Assembly (NCBI GenBank): GCA_010909165.1
Contig: MU008158.1
Span: 2,629,478 to 2,693,477 of the forward strand
Reading direction: 5' to 3'
Source: Anthoceros angustus
Lineage: Eukaryota > Plantae > Anthocerotophyta
DNA length: 64,000 nt
Shown here in pieces: positions 11,481 through 26,424 of this stretch (positions within the stretch are counted from its first letter, which is position 1; the number at the start of each line of letters is the position of its first letter). The position numbers and the translations under genes are program-made. Below the pieces are notes generated by a model. That model was not told where the DNA came from. It searched no databases and saw nothing but the letters and a program-made list of their open reading frames with translations.

Positions 11481-14296
11481 TCAAAGCCATGGCCACCACA
11501 ATGTTTTCAGAATGTGATTGATTGCTTGATAGACATGTAACTGCTTCCTGGAAGAACAAAAATCTTCATTCTGGTGAATCATGTGCTGTGCAACAATCCT
11601 CTCCTGCGTGAAACAAGGTCCGAATGTCACATTCGTCAGTGATGATTGACATCTGCCATCAACAAAATATGAGAAAATATCGAAGCCCTAGCTGAAATCC
11701 GCAAGTCCTTCTGCCAGGCAAACATCTGCTGCTGGAGCAACAAATTGACACGAGATCGGACCAAGCCTTGTCGCTTCTTTGGGCAGAAACCACATTCTCT
11801 AGTGTGCTCACCTTAAAGACATGGAATGGGCAGAAGACTGAATCACATCCCTGCACAGAGAGTCGGAAGAAAAAAGGGTTTAAGCAACTCAAACGCTGCT
11901 AAACATATAGGCTGCAAGTAGTTCAGAACACAACGGTTGGAGGCCTACCGATGGCTAGCCCACCCACAGATAGCCTAAAGCAGACAAAGTCAGAGATAAC
12001 ACTGACCGATAGTAGAACGGGTTCCTCATTGTGCAAAGCCTGGACCATAAAGTTTAGAGACACATTTTTCTCACTGCCAGAGCTCTGATCACCAGCGCAC
12101 TTGTAAAGGACCAGTGCGGTATTTGCACCAAATGGAGCCAAGTTGCTGCCTCTCCATACTCTGCCTTGACAAGTGTCAGACGATACCTCATTGGGCACTT
12201 CATTATACACCTTGGTCAAGTCTGAAAACAAAACCAGGCAGAGGTAGTTAGAGGCAGTTATGGAATGAATTGGTCAGCACTTCACTTACAAAGGATTCAG
12301 GACTCATGCCTCAGCCATACAAGATCCTCCCCTTCATAGGAAAGTCAAAAAAAACTTCTGGCAATTTAACCAGGCAAACGCTGACGTTTTACACACATCA
12401 GCTAATAATCATTAGCATCACTCACCAGTGTCTTTCGTTTGAAAGAGGCCTAACAAGCACGTGAATGGTATTAGAGTCTCAGCATGGGCAAAGCGTAATC
12501 TTGCTCGCTCTTGGACCGATTGGGAGCCAGAATTTGAGGCTGCAGCCATGACAACCATTGACATCTGTTGTCAATATGTGCATCGGATGGGAACACAAAG
12601 GGTTCTCCAAACATGTAGGTTCTGAGAAAACATTCACCTAGACACAGGAACTACGGAAGACAAGCTCCATCTATCAAAAAAGAAAGCTCAGGGAAGGACC
12701 TTCATAAGCTGTTATAGCATTCTGCATAGACTGCAACACGTCCTGGAGAAGTGGAATTGCCATGAGATAGTTGATAGGTTGTCCATAACCTTTCAGATGG
12801 TGCAGCTCAACATCATCTGCGAACTCTAAGAGCTCCACCTACATCAAAGAAGCATGCAAAGATGACCAGAGAATCAAAAAAAGGAAGTACAATCAAGAAA
12901 GCCACTGGAAAAGCTTACTTGTTCTGGGGTGAAAATGCTGCATGCTTGATGGGTGATGTCCAGCACCGCTGCTTCCTTCAACAAATAAACTCCAGGGTTA
13001 AACTATGCGGCCCAGAAGTACCAAGCACTACTTGTCCTAAAGCTCATCTCACCACCTACTAACTGAGGATTTTTCGCCAGGATTTTCATGTATCCACAAT
13101 CCTCGGCTGGCTTTACTCATCCAAGTTGCAGACCCACCACGAAAATTTCATATCAGAAATTCACCTGCTTACAAAGAAGCCACAAAGAGGCGACCACAGA
13201 TCCACTGAGATTTAAATGAACGCGAGGCAACAATGATGAGGCTACACGAGAGTATATCTCATCCTGGAGCAACTCTACAACTGGTTTTTGTGCTCTCTTG
13301 AGGTCCTGAGAGGTAACAAAAGCCAACGATGAAAACCAAGCAGAAGCAAACGAATACATCTAACCTGTAAAATGTGAATGGCAACAAACACATGACTGAC
13401 ACCTTATAGGCATGACATGACTCGTGGAAGCGAAGACGTGTATCATTTGCACGACTCTCGGAGATGACAGCAAATGCTCGCTGCCGGCCTGATCCAAGTG
13501 TACCTGCTCCAGAAAACAGCCCCAATCCAAATGCCACCGCACTTGCTGATGCTCTGGGCACCTGAATCCATGATATTTCGGGTCAGTCCCACACAAGGTG
13601 CAACTGCTTAGATGCATCAGAGAAACACTGGCACCTGTGTAGCAAACAGCCGGAAGATTTCAGGGTGGTAGTCGACAGAAAAAATGTCAGGAAAACTCCT
13701 GCGCAGCCTGCCACCAAGAGCATACATCTCATCTTCGCCAACCGTCACCAACTCTCCCCCCAGCTTCCTTCCCTTCCAAGGAGACTCCCATTTCTGCAGC
13801 CAGTCATGAAGTTTCCACGTAGGGACAGTGCCCAGTGTGGCCACCTCGGCTTGCTCCTTAATCCAGGCCTCCAACTGGTCTAGCTGCCGCATTCGCTTTC
13901 TGGTAGGTGAACGAGTCCCATGCCGTGCCTGCAGACTTGTAAGGTTAAAACATGGCCCATCGATGCTGAGCTCCAAGACACAGAGAGCGGGAGAGTGTTA
14001 TGTGAAATACGACTCACCACCAGATTGATATGAAAAGGAGAGCATCCAGGAGGAGCGGGGACAATGTTCTCTTCCTGAACCCCGCCACCATTGTGTCGAA
14101 AGCTGTACCTGCACAGCTGGGCATAAGCGCGTCACAGGCACTCGAGATAATGGCAAGCACCGAGCTTTTCCAATTTCATAGAAGCGGAGGAGGACCTGGT
14201 GGTGCTGGACAAGTGGTTGCGGACATCGAATGCGAGAGCGGACGCCACAAACGAAACTGTCAGCAGAGCGACCACGAGCTGATGCCAACCAGCCAT
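11481..14296 (-). CDS. MINPP1: Histidine acid phosphatase, multiple inositol polyphosphate phosphatase (MINPP1)-like, with signal peptide
   Basis: Signal-peptide-like start MAGWHQLVVALLTVSFVASALAFDVRNHLSSTT, catalytic RHGTRSP (RHGxRxP), QVPRASASAVAFGLGLFSG, LRFHESCHAYK and GCDSVFCPFHVFK|ERIV. The last exon is inferred. Confidence 0.88.
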
Positions 14297-14699
14297 GGAT
14301 GACGCCCATACACAGCTGACCGACCACACGTCACATGTTAGTCCAGGAAGCCATGGTGGGGGTGGCTTTTATATTTTCCCTTTGTAAAAGTCTTCTTTTT
14401 CTTAAATTGGAAGAACATCGGGCCTGTAATCCTAGAAGGGGAGAAGGAAACGAGATTCTAGAACGCCAGGTACACACCGACAGGTGAAGAATTAAAATTA
14501 AATGACTGTAAATAAGGATTATTATCAGCTCTCCAAGTGGATTATAATAGACTACTTCTTCTTCTGATTCTTCTTCTTCTTCTTCTTCTTCTTATTATTA
14601 TTATGTTGATTTTCTTAAGTAGGTAAGCTAGTTTTGTTAAGAAGAAGAAGGATTCTTCATATTACAATCCACTAAGGACAATTAAGCCAATTGTCGAGA

Positions 14700-16000
14700 A
14701 TCTCATGTGGAGAGGAGCCAAGAAGATGGGACAAGAACGAGCCAAAGATACTCCAAGGCTAATCATTGTTTGAGAGTTGATAGCTTCTAAACACACGATC
14801 CTAATCTGGCCTCTGTCTCTATCTCCGTCGGCTAACTATTTTTTGGTAATAGTCATCCTAACTACTTTTTGGTAATAGTCATCCGAGAATTGAGAGCTTC
14901 TGAACATGTGATTCTCATCCCACCCGCAAAGGCACTGAAGGATAATGATTGTTTGAGAGGTGGGTTCCCAAGGCTTATGATTGTTCGAAAGTTGATGCGC
15001 GGAACACGAGATCCCGATCCCGACAGCAATGATTCTCATATCCCATTCCACATGTTGTGCTATCCGCACGCACGTTCTACTATCCATCCCTAGGTCCAAG
15101 ACCTGGTTCTATTATCCACCTGCACACCCATACCGTTATGTAAACTGTACATATGTAGGTGACATAGCTTGCGTACCAATTTCAACTATCCTGCCGCCCG
15201 CGGCTGGCAGGTTCGATTACCTTATCCACCCGCGCGCTCTATGTCAGGCCTGTCCCTATCCCGATCTTTATGCTGCTCATAGGTTCTATTATCCCCGCAC
15301 GGCACGTTCTACATTTTTATGTATCCACTGATTCTTGTATGTGGCCGCAAGTTGGAGTGTCCATAGCAGGTTCAACGGTCCTTATATGGAGGGTCCGGGC
15401 CCCCCTTTGCTGAAGAGGAGGCTACATTGGTTCACGGTATTGAGTCAACCACTTAATGGGCAACATGTGTTGATGTTATTATCAAAATATTTGATACTTT
15501 TTCCATGCGTAGACTACTTTTTGATGCACGAAGTTCAAAGATGACATTAGGTGTTGGATCATGAAACTCAATTCTCATTCCCTCCCATTTATAGGATAGT
15601 GCATGTTGGGCAGCCTTCCACCACTTATGTACCTCTTTCTTCAAGCGAACATTGGAATATAAGAACTCCAGAGTTAAGCGTCCTATGGGCGGATCAGTAC
15701 TCAGATGGGGTGCCTTTTGTGCGAGGAGTATGAGCTTATATTTGCAAAAGACACGGGAAAGTTCTTAGTAGGGGGTTGCAGGCGCAGCCCGGCGCACGGA
15801 TTTTGGAGGCTGAGGATTGAGCTTTTTCCTTGGGTTTTGCTAGGTAGGATGGTCTCTATGGGAGCGCCTAGGGCCAAGGAGATGCAGTGGAATGTTGCTT
15901 GCACAGTCTGAAGGATTGATGACTTAAGAGCCTTCTTGGTGCAAACCAACTAGGGTCTTGAATTTGTGCAAGATGGATGGAAATGATCCTTAGATTCATG
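14700..16000 (-). mobile_element. Degenerate Gypsy-type gag-like remnant
   Basis: The minus strand reads LKKEVHKWWKAAQHALSYKWEGMRIEF (gag-like WW..W.EF pattern), then an Arg/Asp-rich tract (RDNRTYEQHKDRDRDRPD). It contains many stops and is flanked by (TTC)n/(TTA)n microsatellites at ~14550-14605. Confidence 0.4.
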
Positions 16001-17034
16001 GTGGGGATTGATGGCTACGATAGAAATTAGAGGTTATGGCTGGTGTACTAAATAATGGATGGGATATGGCCACATGCTTGCAAAAGAACCACTCAAATCT
16101 ATGGCTGCAATTTAGGAGCTCTATTGCTATGATTGTCGATGAGAAGACTGAGCGTCTAAAAGTGCAGAGAGGGAGTGAGCTAGAGCTGTGTACGCCCTCT
16201 GTGTGTGTGCCTTCTTAAGAGTGATGCCATCTCCTCTTGGTGTTCTCTTTTCTTGTGGCACCAATTTCTTGGGTCTTGGTGTGCCTTGGCTGGGTTTTGA
16301 GAGTGAATTTCTTCTAAGAGAGGGACGTCCTTAGTGTTCCTGGTGCGTTAAATCATTTCAAGTTTTGGGATGTAAAATATTGTATATCCATCATTGACCA
16401 TGTTCATATCCTTTTGACCGTACCGTATTGCTCCTAGAAAATATTTTATAACAAGGATCCAAACACCAATAAGAACAATGAGTAGGTAATACATCCCATC
16501 TAGCATGAGAGAAAGTGTGTGTTGTGTGCAGGAGGGACATCTGAAGCCAAAAAGCGTCTCACACGATCTTTTATGATATGGCGGTGAGGAAGATAGGTAC
16601 TTGCTCTGTCGTTTAAAAGTTGGTCCTGTGAGGGGGAGGGGGGGAAGGGGCGAGGCCGATGCATGCATGTATGTACATACATAGATACATAGAAAGATGC
16701 AGAGAGCGGTGGTAGATGCGGTAGCGGCGTAACGGCTAGGGCGGCCCACGTAGATTTGGTAGCCCAAGGTTGGATTGTGTGCAGGGAGAGGAGGTGGAGC
16801 AGGGGGGAGGACCAATGCGAGGGCAGGACAGGCGGCCGGCCCGAATCGGGCCGACAAAAGAGAATGATGCGGATGAGATGCAAGCCAATGGCGGGGAGGT
16901 GGGCCTGTTGCCGTTTCTGGTTCTGCTTCTGCTTCTGGGTCTGGTGCGAACGGTGTGTGTCCTAACGTCAAAGCCGGCGCGCCGCCACCAGCCCCACAAA
17001 CAACAGCCCCATGCAGGCCCAGCGGCGGCAGAGG

Positions 17035-17510
17035 CCAGACCCTGCTGGCCTGCTGGCCTGCTGGCCTGCTGGCCTGCTGGCTTGCTGGCCTGCTCCCTGC
17101 TCGCTGTGTGGGCAAATCTCGGTCGCCCTGGCCCTGGCCCACGGAACCAGGTCCAAAGCGCGCGGGCGCCGCGGGACGGAAGAGAAGCCACAACCCAGAA
17201 GCCACAAAGCCACAAGCCAAGCATGCGAGCATTTATATGGCGGCCAGGCCCAGGCACCGGCCCAGGCCCCGGCCCCGGCCCCGGCCCAGCCCCAGGCCCA
17301 GGCCCACATCACGATTCACGTTAACACCTTCTGGCGAATCCAGGTTTGAAAAGCGGGCTCCCACGCGGGCAGCCTAGGGCAGGGCCCCCGGGCAGCCCAG
17401 CCCCGCGGGCAGCGCCACGGGCAGCCCGGCATGCCGACCCCAATCGCTCGTCGCTCATCGCTCATCGCTCATCGCTCATCGCGCGTCGCTCATGGCTCAT
17501 CGCTCGGGAG
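17035..17510. repeat. Cluster of GC-rich simple repeats upstream of TEL1: (CTGCTGGC)n, (GGCCCA/GGCCCC)n, (CGCTCAT)n
   Basis: Directly visible at ~17041-17090, ~17244-17305 and ~17446-17505. Confidence 0.9.
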
Positions 17511-17713
17511 TAGAGTAGCCTGCTCCCTTCCCTTCCCCTTCTCTTCTCTTCCCTTCCCTTCCTCCCCTGGTATCCAGTAGCCCCCCTCCTCACCGCGCCC
17601 CTGCCTTTCTTTCTTGGGCCCTGGCCTTGTTGCGACTCCTGCCTCCCTTCCTTTCCCGGCTTCCCTTCCTTTCTCGTCTGCCCTGCCTTGCCTGTTTCCG
17701 CTCCCTCCTCCCC

Positions 17714-17720
17714 TATAAAA
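17714..17720 (+). promoter_or_regulatory. Candidate TATA box of TEL1
   Basis: tataaaa follows a pyrimidine-rich stretch ~310 bp upstream of the likely ATG at 18027. Confidence 0.55.
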
Positions 17721-18026
17721 CCCGCCTCCCCTTTCGCGACTTGCTTTGCTGCAGCGCTCTCTTCATGCCCGTGCTTGCTTCCGTGCTTCCTGGCGCCTGA
17801 CCTGCCTCGCTTGCACTGCTGCTCTTGCGCTTGCTCTCGCTGCGCCGCCCAGGCCTGAGCCTGAGCCTGAGCAGGCGGGAAGGGAGGGGAAGGGATGCTG
17901 CTCTGCTCCTCCTAGGACGTGCTCTGCTCCCCCGCGCCGTCTTGCCCCTGCAGCCTAGGCAGCCTGGGAGGGAAGCTTCCGGGACAATCCCGGCGCTGCA
18001 GCCAGCCCCGGAGCTGCCGGCGGAAC

Positions 18027-21000
18027 ATGGGCGCGAAGAAAATTGGGAATGGAGGCGGCCTGGTGCAGCTGCCCGCCCCCGCTCCCCTGCTGGCCGACTG
18101 CGTCGTGACGGCCGCTGCTGCGGACGAGCCCCTGCCCACCCTCTCTGCCATGTACCGCAAGGGACTTCTTGGAGGACAAGCACAAGCTAACGGCAGGAGT
18201 GGCTCCGCAACCGAGAGACCTGGCGAAACGGGAGAGAGCAAAGTCAACGTGATGGGAGTGACTGCTGCGGCTGCTGCCCAATCGTCCCTGGACCTGGACC
18301 TGGACTTGGACCTGGACCTGGACGAGATTTCTCCTCCAATTGCCGATCTGGCTCTCCACCTCCGCCTGCCTGATCGGGAGCCTCCTCCCCCTCATCCTCC
18401 TTCTCCTCCTCCTCCTCCTCCTCCTCCTGCTCCCGCTCCTGCTCCTGCTCCTGCTCCTTCTCACCATGGAGCAGCAACAGAAGCAGCAGCAGCAACCACA
18501 GCGGCAACAGCACCAGCGGCGGCGGCAACCCAGGTGGGAGAAGCAGCAACAACACCAGCCGCAACCACAGCGGCAACAGCACCACCGGCGGCGGCAACAC
18601 AGGTGGGCGAGGAGGCCGCGAATTCCGAACCCAAGCCTGACACGGAGCGGCTGCAACCGACTGACAGGGACAGGGACAGGGATAGGGACAGGAACAGGGA
18701 CATGCGTCCTCCTGCGCTCATCGTGCCAGACAGCGGGGCAGAGGCCCAGGCCCAGGCCCAGGCACACACGGATTTCGCAGCTCAGGTGGCAGGGCTGGAG
18801 CAAGCGGCGGAGCAGGGGGGGGACAATCTGTTGGCTTCCAGCCCTTCTCCGGTGCTACCGGCGTCTCTGGCCGGGTCGCCGGGAGCGGGGAGGAGGCTGA
18901 ATCCGAACGCGCCAGAATTCACGCCGTCCTCTTCCCCAGTCCATTCCCCTGTGTTTGCGCATGGGGTGTTGCCGCTGGGAGGGAACAGCTATCCTCTGGG
19001 GGCGCCCGTGGGCTACATGCAGCCGATGCTGTGCGGTCCGGAATTCGGTGGCTCGGGTGGCATGCCTGTCTATACCAATGGAGCTCCCATCCCCTTCGTC
19101 AACGTGCCGGTGTCTGGCTCTCCCTGGGAGCCTCTGGACGTGCCTGTAATGAGCACGGCCACCATGCCCACCTTCCTGCCTTCCCATCCCCCCTTCCTCC
19201 CGCAGTATCTTTACCCGCCGCAGCCGCAGCCGCAGCCCCAGCCGCAGCCCAGCTTCAGCCAGCCTCCTCCCGGCCTTCCCCACTCGCTGCCGCCCCATCC
19301 TCCTCTCCAACCTTGTCGCGGGGAGCACGTCTCCAGAGCCCTATTGATTTCCGGGCTCCGGACTGATCTCACCGAGGCGCAGCTGCTCAAGACTCTGGAG
19401 CTCTGGGGCAATGTCAGGGCTATTGCTTCGGACCGCTTGTCGCAAGGGGTTGTGGGTGTGCAGTATTTCGACCTGCGCCACGCCAAGGAGGCTCTTCGGG
19501 AGATTCAGCAGCAGCATCTGCTCCAGCAGCAGCGGATGCATCAGAGGCTGCAGGTTTTGCAGGAGTATGGGCCGCACCAGCAGCAGGTGTGGTATGGTGC
19601 TGATGGATTGCCGCCTGCCGGTGATGCATCTTATGCGATGGATATTCATAACAGAGGCTTGATCGGCGGGAAGGCTGTTTGGGCTCAGTATACTTCGCCA
19701 GCGGAAGTACCTGTGGCTGGGCCAGATAGTATGAATCAAGGTACTCTGGTGGTGTTCAATTTGGATGCTGACACGTCTTTGGAAGATTTGCAGCAAGCAT
19801 TTGAACGTCATGGTAAGTCCTGCCTGTGTACTGGCCTATGTCTTTTCTACTCTTGTCCCTTCTTGAGCCTATCATCTAGGTAGGACGTGGGTGCCCCATT
19901 CACCGCACATCTGAGCCTCGTTTTCATCTGTGCAGGGAATGTGAAGGAGGTTAGAGAGACACCACTGAAAAGGCAGCATAGGTTTGTTGAATTCTTTGAT
20001 ATTCGGGATGCATCCCGGGCATTGACTGCTATGGATGGTCAGGAGATCGCTGGCAAAAGGGTGAAGATAGAGTTCAGCCGCCCAGGGGGGGCAGCTCAAA
20101 GGCAACTACGGGAGGCTCAGGAGGCGTATGCTCAAGCCCAAGCACAAGCTGAGGCTGAGGCTGGTCATGCTGTTTCTTACATAGATGCCGGGGTGAATGC
20201 AAGCTCAGTACCTGGTCCTTCTCATAGAGCCGCAGTGTACGTGCCACGGTGGGGTCATGAGGGGGGAATGGCTCCTGGTCCCCCATCATCTGCTGGCCTC
20301 CCGTGCAATGCTCCGCCCATCTGGTGGGGAAATTACAGCGGGGTTTCTGGATCATCGGGTGGGAATTTGGTACATGCACGTCACATTCAGAGCACTGTGC
20401 CTGCGCCTGCGACGGTTCAGGCTGTTGCGTCCAGCCCTGGGATACTCCCACTCACCGAGCACCAGGTTCCAGGAGTCGGAAGGCCAGGTGAGAGAGGGAC
20501 AGGTGGAAGCAGCTACCAGCCTAGGAGCTTCGGAGGTCCGCACAACAGTGGAACTGGGAGGGGAGGATACAACTTCATTGGAAGGAGGCGGGGTGGGGCA
20601 GTAAATGGTGGTAGCTTCAGACATCCGCCTAACCGTGCCAATAATGGGAGAACGTCAGGGGATGGAAGCGTTGGTTCCAGGGATGGCCGTCGGGGTGCAG
20701 TCTCTGGGCCTTCTTCCCGCAGTCCTGCACGCGAGTTCCAGCACTCTCACTACGTGTTTGATGAAAGGGAGGCTGTGACCAGTGGAAGCCCTCGAACGAC
20801 ATTGATGATCAAGAACATCCCAAACAAATACTGGTACATGATTCACGCTTTTGCGTTATTGCTTTTCTTTCTTTGGGCTCATCTTGAAACCGGTGAATGA
20901 CAATAGATGGCAGCGCATGTCGCAAGGGCTAGGTGCTAATGGGTGCGCTGTCGTCTGTCTGTGTTGTGATGACGAGGACAGCCAAGGTATGTTGCTGAGC

Positions 21001-21672
21001 CTACTGGATGATCACTGCATGGCCGAGAACAGACGCATCTTAGAAGCCAAAGAGAAACAGCACAGGCTAGAAGCCGAGAAGAAACGCAAGCCCGAGGGCG
21101 AGAGCAGCCGCTCGGGAGAGAATCGCCCACCAGCTGAACCTGAGTCGGCATACGACTTCGTATATCTGCCTATTGATTTCAAGTAAGTGCGTTGGCTCAT
21201 GGTGGGTAAATGGGTTTGGAATGCAGGAAGCGGGAGGTGGGTGACTGAGAAGATGAATATGTGTGGTACTTACTGTACGCAGGAACAGGTGCAATTTGGG
21301 GTACGCGTTCGTCAATCTCACGACAGTGCAGGCGGCGGTGAGGCTCTACAGGGCATTCGACTCGCAGCCGTGGCATGCATTTAATTCTCGCAAAGTGTGT
21401 CAAGTTACGTATGCGCGTGTTCAGGTGCGTCCCTCTCTGCCTCTCCCTCTTCCAGGCGTGTTTGCCGGAATTGTCTCTTGGAGACTGGCAGCTTGCAATT
21501 CACATGACCTCGATTGGTGATGCAGGGCTACGCAGCTCTGGTCGAGCACTTTCGAAATTCGCGCTTTGCGTGTGACACGCGCGACTATCTGCCGCTGAAC
21601 TTCCCGACGCCTCGGACGGGATTACTACGCCCCAACCCTGAAGCTGCTGCGACTCACCTGGCTGCTCGTTGA
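18027..21672 (+). CDS. TEL1: TERMINAL EAR1-like (TEL) MEI2-family RNA-binding protein with three RRMs, 5 exons
   Basis: RRM1 SRALLISGL...[27 protein letters not shown]; RRM2 [11 protein letters not shown]...G|[29 protein letters not shown]; RRM3 [24 protein letters not shown]|[29 protein letters not shown]|[14 protein letters not shown]. The exact stop could shift if an indel exists at ~21615. Confidence 0.92.
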
Positions 21673-22137
21673 GGTTGTCGGCATCGTCATGTCGGCTCTC
21701 TCCACTCATACAGTATCTGGAATTAGAGGATAATCATGTCTTTGCAATTGCAAAACAATTACTTTTATCTTTAGATTTCAAATATTGTACCGAAATATCT
21801 GCCACGTCCCGTCGCCACGGCCGCGCCTGCCGCCGCCGTCCCCGCTGCCGCCGCCGCCGCGAGGTGCAATGGATGTACGACGCCCTGAGCAATCATTTTC
21901 GTGATAGCATCGGCTGCTCTCAGTAATGATGACACTCTGACGGTCCCACCCACATGACTTGCATTCGCAGATTCCACGATCAGTGTCGGAGCCGGTACGT
22001 TCGCTACATACTGTCCAAATATGAATGTTGAAAAATACACGTATGTATCAATGTGCGTATACCGATGTATTGTACGAATACGAAAAATGCATGTCGATAT
22101 GATCATTACGCCGATGCACACGTCAGTCTTCAGAAGT

Positions 22138-24706
<2,569 letters not shown>

Positions 24707-25624
24707 GGACGCTCTTGGGGGTGGGCAGGTGAACACCGTTCGCAAGAACAGAGCACGGGGCAAGTAAAGGCCGAATTTCTTCATAGCCTGCTGCGAAGGT
24801 TGCCAGATTTAATTTTCTTTGGCGCCTCTACGCTTGTGCCAGACTGCCTTCATTGTACCAACACAAAGTTGACAATGCTTCCGAATGTTTTATTCAATTT
24901 AAGTTCAAAGAATATTTTAACTAGGTTTATCCGATCTCCCTACATTTCATAAAACGCGCTTCAGCAGTTTCAGACCTAGACTGTATACTCTGCCGCATGA
25001 AAGCTCCGCCGGCTTAACCCCAAAACCCTGAATATACTCATATTGAGTCCTTCAGCTCACTCTTCGGGCTCACTCTTCTGACTCTTCAATTTCTTTCACA
25101 TACATGTGCCACTTGAAACCTGTGAGCAATGTCCACGACGGGGTGGGCAACATGTCAAATTTTACAACACAAAAAGAATTGACCTTCGTAGGCATGTTCA
25201 GACCACATCGAGCACAAAGATTCTACAAGATGCCTCTCCACCACAGCATCTACATATGGTTCTACTGAATTGGAGGCGTTTCGTTAAGCTTCATCTCCAC
25301 GACCTCGGCCAATGCGAGGTCCGGTGGCCCCCTGTCCACTAGCCGTTCTATCGGTGGTCACCTCACCGTGACTAGGCAATATTGCAACATATTCTCCAAA
25401 TATCCAAGCTTGTGGCCGGTAACATTGTTAGGCAATTGGCCGAAGCAAGTAGCAGCAGGCCAATTTTGGAGACTCTATGTGGAAAGTTTGGCCTACCACT
25501 TCGTAGCTAGGGAGCTGTGTTTTCTTGTTTGGAAATTTATTGCGGCCGCTATGAAAGGCCAATCACATATTCGACATATAGCCTTTAGCCTATATGCACT
25601 ACATCTTGACCTCAATCATTTTCC

Positions 25625-26424
25625 TATCAAAGGAGGACAAGTTCGACGACCAGCAACACAACTTCCCTGTAAGGAAGATTCGAATCTCAATCACACTCAA
25701 AGAAGAGAAAATTGTGGGGCTACGTCGGTGGCGTAGGCAATATCCCCGTATCCATCCACAATCCCTTTGGGATATATGCCACATTCGACCAAAATGATGA
25801 GTGGGAAGAACGTAATCAAAAAGCACGAAATGTCATCATGCAAAGCCTTTAACAAGGTAACGTTCAACGACTCAAAAGCATAGCTACCGCAGTTGATGGA
25901 TAGAAACAACTTCATGAAAGATATGCAGCTCAACGACTCGAAAGCATAGCTACCGCAGTTGATGGATAGAAACAACTTCATGAAAGATATGCAGCAACCG
26001 ACATTATGCATACTATACATCTCATTGAGAATTATTTATGTCTGCACATGGTCGAGGGTGACCAAGTTGATCACCACGCCGTGACATTTTGCAGCAGAAT
26101 AGTAAAATTTCAGGCTGTAGGCTTTAACATTTTCGAGAACCTCACAATAGCCATTCTCTAAATTATATCTACTCTACTAGAATCATGGATGAGCATAGTC
26201 CAAAGGCTACAAGTCGACAATCAACAATAAATAAAGTGATAAGTGCCATGCTTACCAAAGAGGCCAAAAGGAAAGTCTTAGCCTCCAGAAAGACTTCACA
26301 TGAAGAGGCAGGTTCAGAAGAGGCATATCTGGATGCGTCAACTTCAGAGGCAATTTTCAAGGAAGAGGTGCCTATCCTAGAGAGGAAGAGGGAACTACAA
26401 CCCCTCCTATCTGGCTTCGAGTAA
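25625..26424 (+). mobile_element. Degenerate Ty1/Copia gag (UBN2-type) remnant
   Basis: Reads EDKFDDQQHNF.VRKIRISITLKEEK.LWGYVGG, then HLIENYLCLHMVEGDQVDHHAVTF...STLLESW and NKVISAMLTKEAKRK, with stops and frameshifts. Confidence 0.7.
25864..25995. repeat. 66-bp tandem duplication inside the Copia gag remnant
   Basis: tcaacgactc(a/g)aaagcatagctaccgcagttgatggatagaaacaacttcatgaaagatatgcagc occurs twice, at 25864 and 25930. Confidence 0.95.

Noticed and set aside
16348-18190. Multiple overlapping 100-290-aa ORFs upstream of TEL1
   Set aside because: They arise from stop-poor GC-rich microsatellites; the translations are repeat-derived.
17955-19811. Long antisense ORFs over TEL1 exon 1
   Set aside because: Shadow frames of a GC-rich low-complexity coding exon.
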